A stretch of 53,356 nucleotides of DNA, counting the filler, from Jimgerdemannia flammicorona (Eukaryota): assembly GCA_003990765.1 (NCBI GenBank). It is 3 parts of 3 records of this genome, joined end to end, with 100 filler letters (N's around TTAATTAATTAA, not from the genome) between each part and the next. Parts side by side here need not be neighbours in the genome. Positions count along the whole stretch, not along the records: positions 1 to 17,722 come from RBNJ01002440.1; positions 17,823 to 35,543 come from RBNJ01002441.1; 1 more part is not named here. One strand, written 5' to 3'. The position numbers and the translations under genes are program-made. Shown here piece by piece: positions 11,985-23,280 of the stretch. The notes beneath the pieces were generated by a model that was not told the DNA's origin, searched no databases, and worked only from the letters and a program-made list of their open reading frames with translations. Numbering within the stretch: position 1 is the first letter of the stretch; the number at the start of each line of letters is the position of its first letter.

Positions 11985-13090
11985 CCTCCATCAATGAGAA
12001 TTCAGCAGCAACGAACCTCCATCAATGAGAATTTAGCAGCGACTAACCTCCATTGACTATACACAGAAGTTGCACATAATGGAGTGGGCCGTCGATTACT
12101 CTAATGGAGGCGGGTGATTGCTGCGGGCGGTCAATTGCTCTTAGAGAGGCAGGCGGTCGATTGCTCTAATCAAGGCATGTGGCCAATTGCTCTAATGGAG
12201 GTGGGCGGTCAAATGCTCTAATAGAGGCGGGCAGTTGATTGCTCTAATGGAGCAGGTGGTCGATTGTTCTAATGGAGCGGATGGTCGATTGCTCTAATGG
12301 AGCAGGCTGATTGCTCTGTCTCTCATCGATCGAGCCATCAACATTTTCATGTAATGGGGCTCTGACACAGCCGCCTACATCCTCAAGCACAAGTACATGG
12401 AAGCCGGGGTCTCCTTCAATAATCTAAATGAAAAGCTCATGCCCGAAGATGAATTAGAAGGAGGTGAGCCTGATGATGAGGAAATCAAAGTGACGGGAAA
12501 TGAGTCGATTGCTCTAATAGAGTGGGCGGTTGATTGTTTTAATGGAGCAGTGGTTGATTACTCTAATGGAGGTGGGTGGGCTGCAGGCAGTCAATTGCTC
12601 TAAGGGAGGCAGGTAGTCGATTGCTCTAATGGAGGTGGGCAGTCGATTGCTCTAATGGAGGTGGGAGGTCCATTGTTCTAATGGAGGTGGGCGGTCGATT
12701 GCTCTAATGGAGTAGGCAGTCAATTGCTCTAATAGAGTGGACCTATCTCATCGATTGAGCTGTTGACATTTTCACATACTGGGGCCCAGCCCCCTATGGA
12801 AGCCGGGGTCTCCTGGACAGGCTTAATGAGGAGCTCATGCCCGAAGATGCATTGGAGGAGGCAAGCCTGATAGTGAGGAAATCGAGGTGACAGGAAACGA
12901 GCCGATTGCTCTAATGGAGTGGGTGGTTGATTGCTTCGGGCAGTTGCTGTGAGCAGTCGTTTGCTCAAAGAGAGGCGGGTGGTCGATTGCTTTAAAAGAG
13001 GTGGGTGGTCGGTTGCTCTAATAGAGGCAGGTGGTCGATTTCTCTAATAGAGGGGGCAATCGATTACCCATGCTAATGGAAATGGAGTGG
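11985..13090 (+). repeat. Minisatellite array (about 24-26-bp unit GTCGATTGCTCTAATGGAGGCGGGCG) with an approximately 400-bp higher-order repeat
   Basis: Many degenerate copies; spacer block ATGGAAGCCGGGGTCTCC...GCTCATGCCCGAAGATG repeated at about 12397 and 12796. Confidence 0.85.
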
Positions 13091-13356
13091 GCCGATTCTA
13101 CACAGCCAGGGCCAAAAGAAATTTTAGCCTGCATCCTTTTGGGGGCTGATAGAAAAACAGAGTCGATGGCGACGTTCTCCTGTGGGATTTCAGCGAAGTG
13201 CTCCAACGTCAGGTCTGTCGGGTAGAACTTGTTAGCATGGTCGTCGTCCTTGACAAGATTGAGCAGGCACACCCCAGACAGCATCATTTCGAGAGGAGCC
13301 ACTTCGTCACCAGGTCCTCTCACTTGGTGCCGGTGACCTGGCCTGACACTGCTGGC

Positions 13357-13785
13357 CTCTGCCGAAATCCCCTATGCCGAAGTCTCCTCTGCTGAAGTCC
13401 CCTCTCTTGCTGAAGTCCCCTCTGCTAAAGTCCTAGTCGCCACGAAGGAAATCGAGTACCCTTCGGCAGAGAGGACTTCAGCAGAGGGACTTTGGTAGGG
13501 GATTTCGGCAAAGGGAACTTCAGCAGAGAGAACTTTGGCAGAGGGAACTTTGGCAGAGGGGACTTCGGCAGATGAAACTTCGGCAGAGGGAACTTCGACA
13601 GTGGGGATTTCAGCACAGGGGACTTCAGCAGAGGGAACTTCGGCAGTGAGGACTTCGGCAGAGGGACTTTGGTAGAGGAGACTTCAGCAGAGGAAAGGTG
13701 ACTTCGGCAGAGGGGACTTCGGCAGAGGGGACTTTGGCAAAGGAGACTTCAGTAGAGGGGACTTTGGCAGAGGAGACTTTGATAG
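13357..13785. repeat. Foldback-arranged 15-bp minisatellite (GGGGACTTCGGCAGA and its reverse complement)
   Basis: TCTGCTGAAGTCCCC-type copies at 13357-13433 face more than 15 GGGACTTCGGCAGA-type copies at 13462-13785. Confidence 0.85.
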
Positions 13786-14544
13786 AGTATGATATTTTTA
13801 TTTTATTTTATAACATATAAATTATATTTTATAAGAAATTTCTCAGTTTGTGTAAAGCATTTGTACTTCTAGTATGATATGGTAATTGGTCAAGATGATA
13901 CATTCGGGCTTCATGTATAGAACTTATTTTCAATTTTTTATAGATTTTAGATTCTTTCCTTTGCCAGATATATATATATACATTTCTGGATTTTCAAAGT
14001 TTGCGAATGAGTGCTCGTTCACTTGATACATTAGCGATATTATTGATCAGAGGTATTTCGATTATTCATGAGCTCTATTTTAATGTTCATAATGTTGGAC
14101 AAGTTAGAATATTGACTGATAATTTATCAGAAGCATCTAGGGGTTATGACAAGAATGTTGACGCCATCTAGGCTCAGAGGGCTCTTTCCGAAGAAAGATG
14201 TTGAGATGTTTGTTGGGCAGATGTGGTTCCCATTCCTTTTTTTTTTTTTTCCATATTTATCTTATTCTTGGGCTTACTTTGTAAGCATCTCTTTTTGAGA
14301 CTCACCCCCAAATTCCTATGAATTAAACCACCATCTTTTTTTACTAAATAAATTACAATTGATCATGCATGGGTCTCAACATTTTTCTCATTTCCATCTC
14401 GCTCCCCTCCCCTGCCTGCTCCCACTCCCGCTCCCTCGCCCTTCCTGCTTCCTCGCCCTTCTGCCTTACGGTCCCAACAGCTACTTTGAATAGATCAGAA
14501 AGCATAAAAGTCAGAATGATGGAAAACTAGTCATCAGTTCCGGT

Positions 14545-15000
14545 GCCGGCGGCGTTGGTATCATTGGCGCCGTTAGTGCCGTTGGCAGCATTGGTAGGTG
14601 GCATTGGTACCGTTGGACCGTTGGCGGCATTGGCGGCGTTGGTACCGTTGGCGGCATTGGTACCATTGGCGGCGTTGGTACCATTGGCGCCGTTGGCGAC
14701 GTTATTACCGTTGGAGCCGTTGGAGCCGTTGGAGCCGTTGGTACCGTTGGAGCCGTTGGTACCGTTGGCGCCATTGATACCGTTGGCGCCATTGGTACCA
14801 TTGGCGCCGTGGTACCGTTGGTGCCGTTGGTACCATTGGCGCCGTTGGTACCATTGGCGCCATTGGTACCGTTGGCGCCATCGGTACTGTTGACACCATT
14901 GGCAGCACTGGCGCTGCTGGCGCTGCTGACAATGCTGGTGATGTTGGCGGCGATGGCGGCGCTGGAAGTGCTGGAGGCGCTGGAGGCGCTGGTGGTGTTG
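14545..15000 (-). repeat. 9-bp tandem repeat (CCAACGGTA/CCAATGGCG), Pro-x-x coding on the minus strand
   Basis: Long run of CCGTTGGCG/CCGTTGGTA/CCATTGGCG units giving [10 protein letters not shown]. Confidence 0.9.
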
Positions 15001-15488
15001 GTGAACTCGAGTCATGTTTGTTTAGAAACAGATAATCCCATGACACATCTTTAAGCCACCACCACACCCATCCGACTGGGGAAAAAACACCCCTTAGCCT
15101 AATTTAACCCATACTTCCACTATAGTCTGGTGCAGTAGTGTCCTCTCCACCCTGAATTCAGCCGCGAGCAATTCCATGATATCAACATACCTGTTCTCAG
15201 TGGCTCGGTGCATCTATCGTTGGTCCTTGGCCTGCTGGTATCCGCACTACGAACAGTCCCACCGACCTGACATACCTTCAGTGGCTCGGTACATCTATGT
15301 CATGAGCTTCCCATCATCGGACTGTACACAGATGCCATTATGACAACCAGTCATTTGGCAAATCTCCAAAATGCAACCTCCGAACCCACACATTGCACAG
15401 GTTATTCCGTTAATTGAGCCAATTCGATAACCTTATGAGGGGAAGGAGAAGGAGGAGAGGGGAGTTAAATGCCATGTTAGTTTCGAAT

Positions 15489-15872
15489 GTCAAATTGACT
15501 GAGGACAATAAAATCGGCACGAGATAATATTTGCAGTTCAATGGAATGAGGCTTAAGAACACCTGTCAAATTGACTGGAGTTCACTTCAAATCCAATTAC
15601 AAATTGCCATCTGTCAAATTGACTGATGGGCAATGAAATCGGTACAAAATAATATTGCAGTTCAATAGGATGAGATATATGAACCTCTGTCAAATTGACT
15701 GAGGACAATAAGAATGGAACCAACACTATAAAATCATCATGCGAAGTGTATGAAACACTTGTCAAATTGACTAGAGTTTCACCTCTGTCCACAATTTAGA
15801 CAGAATCTCACTATGGCTTCTGTCAGATTGACTGAAGGCAATAAGATGGTCATATAGCAATGTCAAATTGAC
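15489..15872. repeat. Seven spaced copies of the near-palindrome GTCAA-A-TTGAC
   Basis: Starts at 15489, 15565, 15613, 15689, 15761, 15822 (GTCAGATTGAC) and 15862. Confidence 0.85.
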
Positions 15873-16409
15873 TCTGCCAACCTTGATGATTGAAACCCTT
15901 TTTTTTAAAAAAAAGAGAGAGAGAGATTAAGAACCTTATTATCATCTTTGTAGCATGGGGGTTTGACCTCAGTCTTCCTTCGTTTATGACTTTTTTGCCG
16001 TCTGCTTTGTCCTCACCATTCTGTTCAGTAAAATCAAAAAAGGTCAGCAAAGGGGTGGAGGGAGTGCATCCAGAAACGAACTGCGAATGATTACATGAAC
16101 AGACTGAGCAGACCGGAATGTGTGAAGGAAGAAAAAGAGAGAAACGCGTTCTTGTTGCCAGTCCAAAACGGTCGTACGTGTCAAAAAGCAGTCATTGCTG
16201 TTTGGACAGCTATGACTGCTTATTCGGTGGCTTGGATGGAGATCACCGTGAAAAGTAATAAAGACTGTATATTTTCCTAAGCCTTTTCCGATTGCTACAA
16301 ATTCCTATCTTTAATCCCTAATTTTCTTATTGAATTTCTGAAGTTCTGTCGTCACCCTGTAATTATCATCTGATAACCTTAAATACCATTAACCATTACA
16401 AATTCGCCG

Positions 16410-16785
16410 CGAGAATTCAGCAGTGACGAACCTCTCCTTCGACAGCCTCAATGAGGAGCTCGTGTCTGAAGATAAATTGGAAGGGTTGATTGCTTTAATG
16501 GAGCGGGCGGTCGATTACTCTAATGGAGATGGCAGTTGCTGCAGACGGTCGATTGGGAGGCAGGCAGTCGATTGCTCTAATGGAGGCAGGCGGTCAATTG
16601 CTCTAATGGAGGACCTGGGCTCGATCAATGAGAGACAGAGTAATCAGCCTGCGATTGACTGCCAGCTCCATTAGAGCAATCGACTCTATTAGAGCAATTG
16701 ACTGCCTGCCTCTATTAGAACAATCGACTGCCTGCCTCCGATAGAGCAATCGATCACCCGCCTCCCTTAGAGCAATCGACCACCC
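16410..16785. repeat. Second copy of the GTCGATTGCTCTAATGGAG array, switching to inverted orientation
   Basis: Shares the GAGAATTCAGCAG..ACGAACCTC lead-in with about 11996; forward units about 16485-16610, reverse units (CTCCATTAGAGCAATCGAC) about 16665-16785. Confidence 0.8.
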
Positions 16786-16989
16786 AGAGGGCGACATTGA
16801 AATTTGGTATATATATATATATATATATATGCCAATAAAAATATCAAGAACTGCAAAGTTCAGTTTCGATGAGAATTCAGTAGCAATTGGATTGCCAACA
16901 TAAAATTTAGCTGTCGGACTTAGAAATAATTGATTTGTGTCAAAATGTGTCAGCATTAACCTACACCCTAGCCCCAATTACAACAAATT

Positions 16990-17722
16990 CCTTGGGATTC
17001 AGCCTATGCACCCACTCTCCTATCACTTGACATGGAGTGCGCTCGCCTCGCACAACCTAAAACTTCCAAACCCCGCCATCTTGATTCCCTACTTGCACGG
17101 CTCACTTCGCTCGACAACCTCAGTGAATCGGTAGCAGAAATCATCCATCGCCTCAAGCTCCAGTTCCCAGATCCGCGCCAAACCTTCAGGCTCATCTCTC
17201 TCAACTCATCTGGTTCCCCACCGAAAAATTCACCAACATTGACTTTATTGGTGAAGGCGGGTTCGCCAAGTTTACAAAGGAACTGTCGCTGACAACGAGG
17301 GCCGCGATGCATTTTGCACTCAAAGAGTTGAAGCAAGGAATGGAATTCGAAGCTCTCGCTCGTTGCAATTTTAGCTTGTAAATAATTGATCTTTAATTTT
17401 ACAAATAACGTCTCTTTCATATGCACAGCTTGCCCTCAACACTTACCTGACGACCAATGGCCAAGGTTCCCTGACTGCCCCCTCCTTGACCCTTCTCAAC
17501 ATCCTACAACCTACGCCTACCTAATGGTCTTTGCTTTCACACACTATAGCACGCTCGAAACTCCTCCCGCGCACCAAACAACCGACTGGTTGCAAATCGC
17601 GCACAAGTCCACGCTCCTCGCCTCGATCTCCATCACTTTGGCTACAGCCACCACGACCTCCACCCCGGCAATGTGATGTACGTTCAGCAAGACACGCCGG
17701 TTCCGATCGACGTCGGAATTTC
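16990..17722 (+). pseudogene. Protein kinase (TKL-like expanded fungal family) pseudogene, truncated by the assembly gap
   Basis: LIWFPTEKFTNIDFIGEGGFAK.YKGT (Gly loop), FALKELK (VAIK lysine), acceptor near 17428, YLMV, HHDLHPGNVM (catalytic loop), IDVGIS (DFG equivalent); several frameshifts. Confidence 0.85.
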
Positions 17723-17822
17723 NNNNNNNNNNNNNNNNNNNNNNNNNNNNNNNNNNNNNNNNNNNNTTAATTAATTAANNNNNNNNNNNNNNNNNNNNNN
17801 NNNNNNNNNNNNNNNNNNNNNN
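17723..17822. other. Assembly gap with artificial TTAATTAATTAA linker
   Basis: 44 N, 12-mer with stops in all frames, 44 N; identical construct at 35544-35643. Confidence 0.97.
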
Positions 17823-20033
17823 CGGAGACCTCCTCAAGAAGGCAGAACAGTTATGAAATCAAGCCCAAGGACAGATTATCAAAGCCCAGGAAAGACAAAA
17901 GAAGTACTATAACCAAAAACAGAAAGATCAGGAGATCAAGATTGGAGATCAAGTCCTAGTCTGGAGAAGCATGATTGAGACAAACTTTGCTGCCAAACTG
18001 GAACCAAAATGGGAAGGACCATACCTTGTACACAACATCAGAGGAACCAGCATCTATTTAAGAAGCATGGATAGATGAACCCTAAGAACACCAGTACACA
18101 TCAATCGCCTCAAACTATATTTCCCCTCCACACTATGAGCCAAAGGATTGATCAGCACCTCCAGACATTGGTCCTCAGCTCTTTCTAAGCCTTACCTGTT
18201 CCTCTACCCCAATTCAGCCAAGCCAATGGAAGCCCCCTCCAAAGGATCCAAGCTCATCAAGAAAATCTTCCCTTGGCCCGATGCCTACTACAAGTCCACC
18301 AACTGCAGGCCTATTATGCAATCGGTGAACAATTGCAGAACCTCCCAGCCCCAGAACAGACCTACATCAGAAACACTATGGGTCTGACCAGAAGAGACAC
18401 TACTGCTGCAAACGAAATTTCACAGCCCTGACACAGGCACAATTCTCCCTGAATGATATTCAAGGAATGAACCCCATCACCTATCTGAGCATCATCAACT
18501 CTGTTGAAATCCTATTCCCTGAAGAAGAAGAAGAACCCCTAGAATGGAGTAACCCCAGTACAGACAATAAAGATGATGGAACAGGTATAGATGCAGAAGC
18601 AGTCTATGCTTATTGGGATGATGACTGAAGAATAGTCTGAGACAGACTACTCTTCAGTGGGGGCTGATGTGACAAGCCAAGATGTACCACCCGAATCATA
18701 TCTTAACCAGATGACGTGAACAAGATGACATGAACACTCAGCTTAGTAACCAGCAACCCTTGCTACAGAAACTGTATAAATAGCCAGACATACCAGAAAG
18801 GGTCTGTTTACCTGTACAGACTCTGTACACCATACAGACTCTGTACACTGTACAGGTCCTGTCCACCGTACAGTCTCTGTACACCTGCCATAAGTAGCAG
18901 ATCTATAGTTAGCCACATAGTAACCAGATAGCAACCAACTTGTATAAATTACCCCAGAGGCAAGAGTGAATAAAAACCTCAGTCCAAATTGAAGTGCAAA
19001 CCAAAGAAGCCTCTAAAGATTGAGCAATTGGTCCCCTTATTCCCACTCTGGTCCACTTTCCGATACAAAGCTGATTTTGCCGCCTAAGTTCAAGGAGAAC
19101 TTCGCCGCCTTTTGAAGAACCTGCCACTTAAAGGAATAAGCCCCGCTATTGGTATGCTTGCCAGATAAGCCTGAAGATTTGCCACCCAAGTTCAAGGAAG
19201 AACTTCACTGCCGCTTCCTAGAAGACCATCATATTCAAGTTATCCTCCACCTTCCCAAGAAAGCTGCCTTGCTCAAGCCAGTTTCTGACACAACTTCACA
19301 GTGATTCGTCATGCAAACGAAGCCAGTCTTTGACGTAACTTTGCCAAGAGACCCTTTCCCAAAGAATGCCACCAGTTTTATCCGTCGTATTCCCAGTTAG
19401 AGCCGCCGATTCAGGAAGAATCCATGCCATTGTATTCCCAGAAGAACCATCCGAGTTATTTCCCAGAAGCCTGCCGATTCAGGAGAATCCGCGCCATCTG
19501 CCGTTTTCGAGTTATCCACATTCCCAGAAAACCCACGCCATTTGAGTAGTATTCCCAGTTGAAGCCGAAACCGCGACATCCGAGTCATTCGTCATTCCCA
19601 GTGAGCCTAGGAAGAATCCATGCCATACGATTCCCAGTGAGCCAAATTGAGTTATCCGCCAAATTATCAGAATGTCCCGCATAAGGAAACCGCCATGCTA
19701 CACAGAGATCATCATGCAGAAATCGCATAAGGAGAACCACTAGATTGCCAGACCGTCATACCCAGAAATCGTATACTTTTGGAGATTGTCACGCTACACA
19801 AATTGTACCATTCCCAGTTGACCCAAGAAGGAAGTCTATTCATATACAAATCGCCACTACATCCAGAGAACCGTCCCAAAAAGGAAACCGCTCACACAGT
19901 ATCCAGATCTTGACTATTATACCACTAAATACCAAGATCATTTTGTTGCTTTTAACAAAGTAACTGGGGGCTCAAGCCAAACTACATCAACTCCCAACCT
20001 TGTAATTTGCCTCCATTGAGCCGGCACGTTACA
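17823..20033 (+). mobile_element. 3' end of a Ty3/Gypsy element: integrase C-terminus, accessory ORF, PPT, 3' LTR (18668-20033)
   Basis: IGDQVLVWRS...KLEPKWEGPYLV...PVHINRLKLY (GPY/F module) ending at 18138; purine tract AGTGGGGGCTGA before TGTGAC at 18668; LTR ends GTTACA at 20033; TATAAATTACCCC at about 18943. Confidence 0.88.
18135..18628 (+). pseudogene. Accessory ORF downstream of integrase (one stop, one frameshift)
   Basis: ATG overlaps the pol stop (ATGA). MSQRIDQHLQ..PVPLP..SPL..HQLQAYYAIGEQL aligns with one gap to the N-terminus of the 48131-49228 ORF; acidic tail PEEEEEPLEW...YWDDD. Confidence 0.7.
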
Positions 20034-21450
20034 ATATGTAAGTGAACTAGAACTGACTTTATTTCAGAGGAAATAAAAAGAGTATTTATACAAAATATAA
20101 TTCAATAGTTACTAATATATAAAGCTAAATATAAATTCCAATAACTAAATAAAATTCTGAAATACAGAAAACTGCTAAATTCCAGAGTTAGTACAGATAG
20201 TTGTACAGATTTAAGATACTGGTATAATTTCAGTGATACAGGAAAATGGTGCTGGAATAATTCTGAGTCACAAAAGGTCAGAATGCTGATGGAGGAATAG
20301 CTGTTACACAGGAAAAGGATACTGGAATAATTCAGTATAACTAAGGGACTTAGAGCAGAATTTTCAGAACTACAGAGGCTTCATCTTCATTATTGCTGAA
20401 GGAGATGAGATCTAATAATGTTTCATTCATCTTGTTGCATAGGTTGCACATTTTGTATATATCATGCATTTTGCATGCTTCATGCATATTATGCAATGAT
20501 GTCATCACTGATTAAATTATCACATTCAGTAGCAGTGAGATCAAGGAGGTCTGGAGCTCTCCAGTCTATGAGGTTCTCTTCCACAAAATAGAGAACAAAT
20601 GTGGGGTCTTGGAGAGATCTAACCTGGATGCTTGGGCCTTGGAATACTGAGATCAATTCTTATAGGAATTGATCTAGGTTGTTCTGGAGGATGGGATGCC
20701 AGAAGTCTTCTACTTTATCACTATTGAGGGTAATAGTGGACTGGACTTCTATAGCCACTCTGGCTTCTAGTGCATTGATATGGCAGGCTGACAGATCTCT
20801 GAAGTCTGAGACTCTAACATACTCCAAGTTGGGGATCAACTATGGTGCATGCTTAAAGATCTGATGAATATTCTTAGCTGTTCTTATTTCATATATATCT
20901 ATGAGAGTAGCATCTTTTAGCTCTTGAGAGCTGGCCTGTGGGAACTCCCAGCAGAGAAGATTTCATATTTTATACTCCTGCCACATTTGGAGGCATTCAG
21001 TAACAATGGTAATCCTTATTTCTATTTCATAGTAGTAGAGAATAAAGTGGTAAGGATCTCCAGTGCCCAGGTTGAGGCTAGGAGTCCTTCTTGTATAGGT
21101 CCTCATAGCTCTTCTGATGCCTTGGAACCTTCTTTCTTCAACTGAGATATCTTGGTAATTCCTTGACCTTGAGGTTTGGCAAGCAGCAGGCATTTTATTT
21201 ATGGTAAGTTTTTGAGCTATTTTGGAATTGGTGGGTCTTGTTGAGTTGCTGCTACTGTGGTTCCTTGATCCTTCATTTATATTCCTCAAGGTGCCTATAC
21301 TGTGGTCATAATAACTCACAGTTGGTTATCATTAATCATCTCATAGCCTGAGTGAGTTATGCTATATAATCTTCTTGTGCTCTGATCTGATGGCTTACAA
21401 GGAATTGCTGACTCTTATACTGATGTCATCATTCTGATGTCACTATTATA
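20034..21450 (-). mobile_element. Second copy of the ORF-bearing long LTR of 1620-3187, cut by the Gypsy LTR ending at 20033; ORF relic about 20349-21193
   Basis: Collinear with about 1810-3187 (AACTGACTTTATTTCAGAGG ... TGATGTCATCATTCTGA); ORF starts MPAACQTSRSRNYQD at 21193. Confidence 0.88.
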
Positions 21451-21519
21451 ATAGATATATTTATTTAGTATTTGGAGATTAAACTATATTTTGAGATATT
21501 TCAACAATATTTTGAAATT

Positions 21520-22790
21520 TTGGAATTGGCCAGCTTATTGTCATACCTATATTCATGAATTGTTTCAAGGTCTAAAGTACCTCTTTTAGGTGCTATAAGA
21601 TCTTTATCTCTTAAAAAATACTCTCTATGAGTGTACTTATTACTGAGATAGCTAAATAGTCATATGTTATTTTTGCTAGATTTGAGTAATCTCCACTATG
21701 GCTCTAATATTCTCAATGAATTAAATCAAATTAATAATATTTTTAATTAGACCTATAATATTTCAAATTGGACAAACTCACTTACTACTAAGATAATATA
21801 TTAACTTCTAGTTGAAATTTAACAGTTTTACTTTTCATATAATTATTTAACTCCTCTTCAGAATTTATCATCAGTTCTTATCTTTTATTGTTAAATATAT
21901 ATTCAGATAGCTCAGCAATATCATTGATATCAATATCAATATCATCTTCTATTTCAGTTTAATCTTCAGAACTTATATAATAAACTGATAGAGAGGTATA
22001 ATTTTCATTATGAACTGTGCAAACAGTTGTTTCAACTACTTCAATCTAAAAGGTTTCCTAATTATGGTTTGAATAATATTGTAGTTTAAGCCTGAGATCA
22101 AGAACTGGATTTTATTCAAAAAATAAAATAAATTTTGAAATGAATTTATAGTTTAAAATTTCAAAATACTTTACCACTATCCTCCAACATATTTAGTAGA
22201 AAGTTGTAAATTGGACTAGCAGAATTAATTATTGGATATTCTTGCTAAATTATAAGATCTATTATATATTGAAAATTTTTTAACACTAAAATGATATCTT
22301 TTAGTAACTATTAAGTACAATCTCTAATAGTATAATATTACAAATCTTTATTAGCTATAACTGTTGAATTTAAGGGCTATTAATAAAATTAATTTATTAA
22401 ATTAGACTCAGGTATAATTATGGACTCATATCACCCATATGCTCAATAAACAAATTAAATATAATTAAATATAATTATCTCTGATAATTCAATAACCTGT
22501 TCAATAATTGAATATATTGAGTTCCACTGAGTCTTAATGTTCAAAATAAGTTCCTTTGAATTATTGATTCTATAGACTTTATATTATACAATAAATCTCT
22601 CATAATACTGTGATAATAATCAGATCTTGATAATACTTATTGAGAGGCTTGAACAGCCAGATTAATAATATGTATAAGCTATATAGTATATATGTCATAT
22701 TGACTGAATGTTGAGGCCTTGATCAAGCTCTATTCTAAATAATTAAAAAACATATTGTTGTTGGATCTATTGACTATTGTTATAGCTAAT
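21520..22790 (-). pseudogene. Highly decayed hAT transposase
   Basis: HIINLAVQA (about 22650-22675), ELILNIKTQWNSIY (about 22520-22555), VLDLRLKL (about 22082-22106), dimerisation domain LAKITYDYLAISVISTLIESIF...PKRGTLDLETI (about 21560-21680). Confidence 0.8.
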
Positions 22791-22829
22791 ATTTAGAGTA
22801 AAAATTGATAATGCAAAATATATAATAAC

Positions 22830-23060
22830 TATTTTTTGAAAACCTAACTTTATTAAAACCTGATATTTTCAAAAATCCAACCTGTTCCAAAAAGCCAAAC
22901 CTTTGTTGAAAATCTAATCTTTTTTGAAAAAAACCCAATCTTTTCTGAAAATTTGACCTTTTGACCTTTTTTGAAAATCTGATCTTTTTGAAAATCTGAC
23001 CATTTTTTGAAAACCCAACCTCTTTCAAAAAACTTGACCTTTTCAAAAACTCCTTTTAAA
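22830..23060. repeat. Degenerate TTTTTGAAAA-CCTAACC short-repeat cluster, probably belonging to the hAT relic
   Basis: About ten TTTTGAAAA/TTTTCAAAA motifs in 230 bp. Confidence 0.55.
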
Positions 23061-23249
23061 AGACTCACTCACTCTTTATATACCATTTTCTATATACCAA
23101 AATCTCAAATATAGCTCCTAAAGGCACCAGTAAGATCTTCACCAGAATGGAATCTTGATAGCTTAATAAAATCAATTAATATATAGTTGAGTTGTCAATC
23201 TTGACAAATCCAATATGCTTAATTCCAAGAAATGCATGTATTTTCAGTA

Positions 23250-23280
<31 letters not shown>

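Larger units (their letters stand above)
14511..16019 (-). pseudogene. Decayed gene: H3-tail-like N-terminus, ADD/PHD-like Cys finger, Pro-rich repeat region
   Basis: ATG 16019 gives MVRTKQTAKKS*, preceded by an intron acceptor (GCTGAC..polyT..CAG). An exon after a pyrimidine-rich acceptor near 15432 encodes CAMCGFGGCILEICQMTGCHNGICVQS-x19-WDCS*C (15399-15244), followed by PxxPxx repeats. Linkage of the parts into one gene is inferred. Confidence 0.55.

Noticed and set aside
14527..15015. GANGTN collagen-like or Gln/Arg-rich ORFs and the plus-strand VPLAPL ORFs
   Set aside because: Alternative frames of a 9-bp tandem repeat that is stop-poor in most frames.
15489..15872. CRISPR-like repeat-spacer appearance
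   Set aside because: Repeats are only 11-13 bp, spacers are irregular and partly homologous to each other, no cas genes are present, and the context is eukaryotic.
15984..16019. True histone H3 gene
   Set aside because: Similarity ends after the first 11 residues; no histone-fold sequence seen downstream.
17767..17778. TTAATTAATTAA palindrome (also 35588-35599)
   Set aside because: Centred in fixed-length N runs; a scaffolding linker, not biological. Adjacency across the gaps is uncertain.
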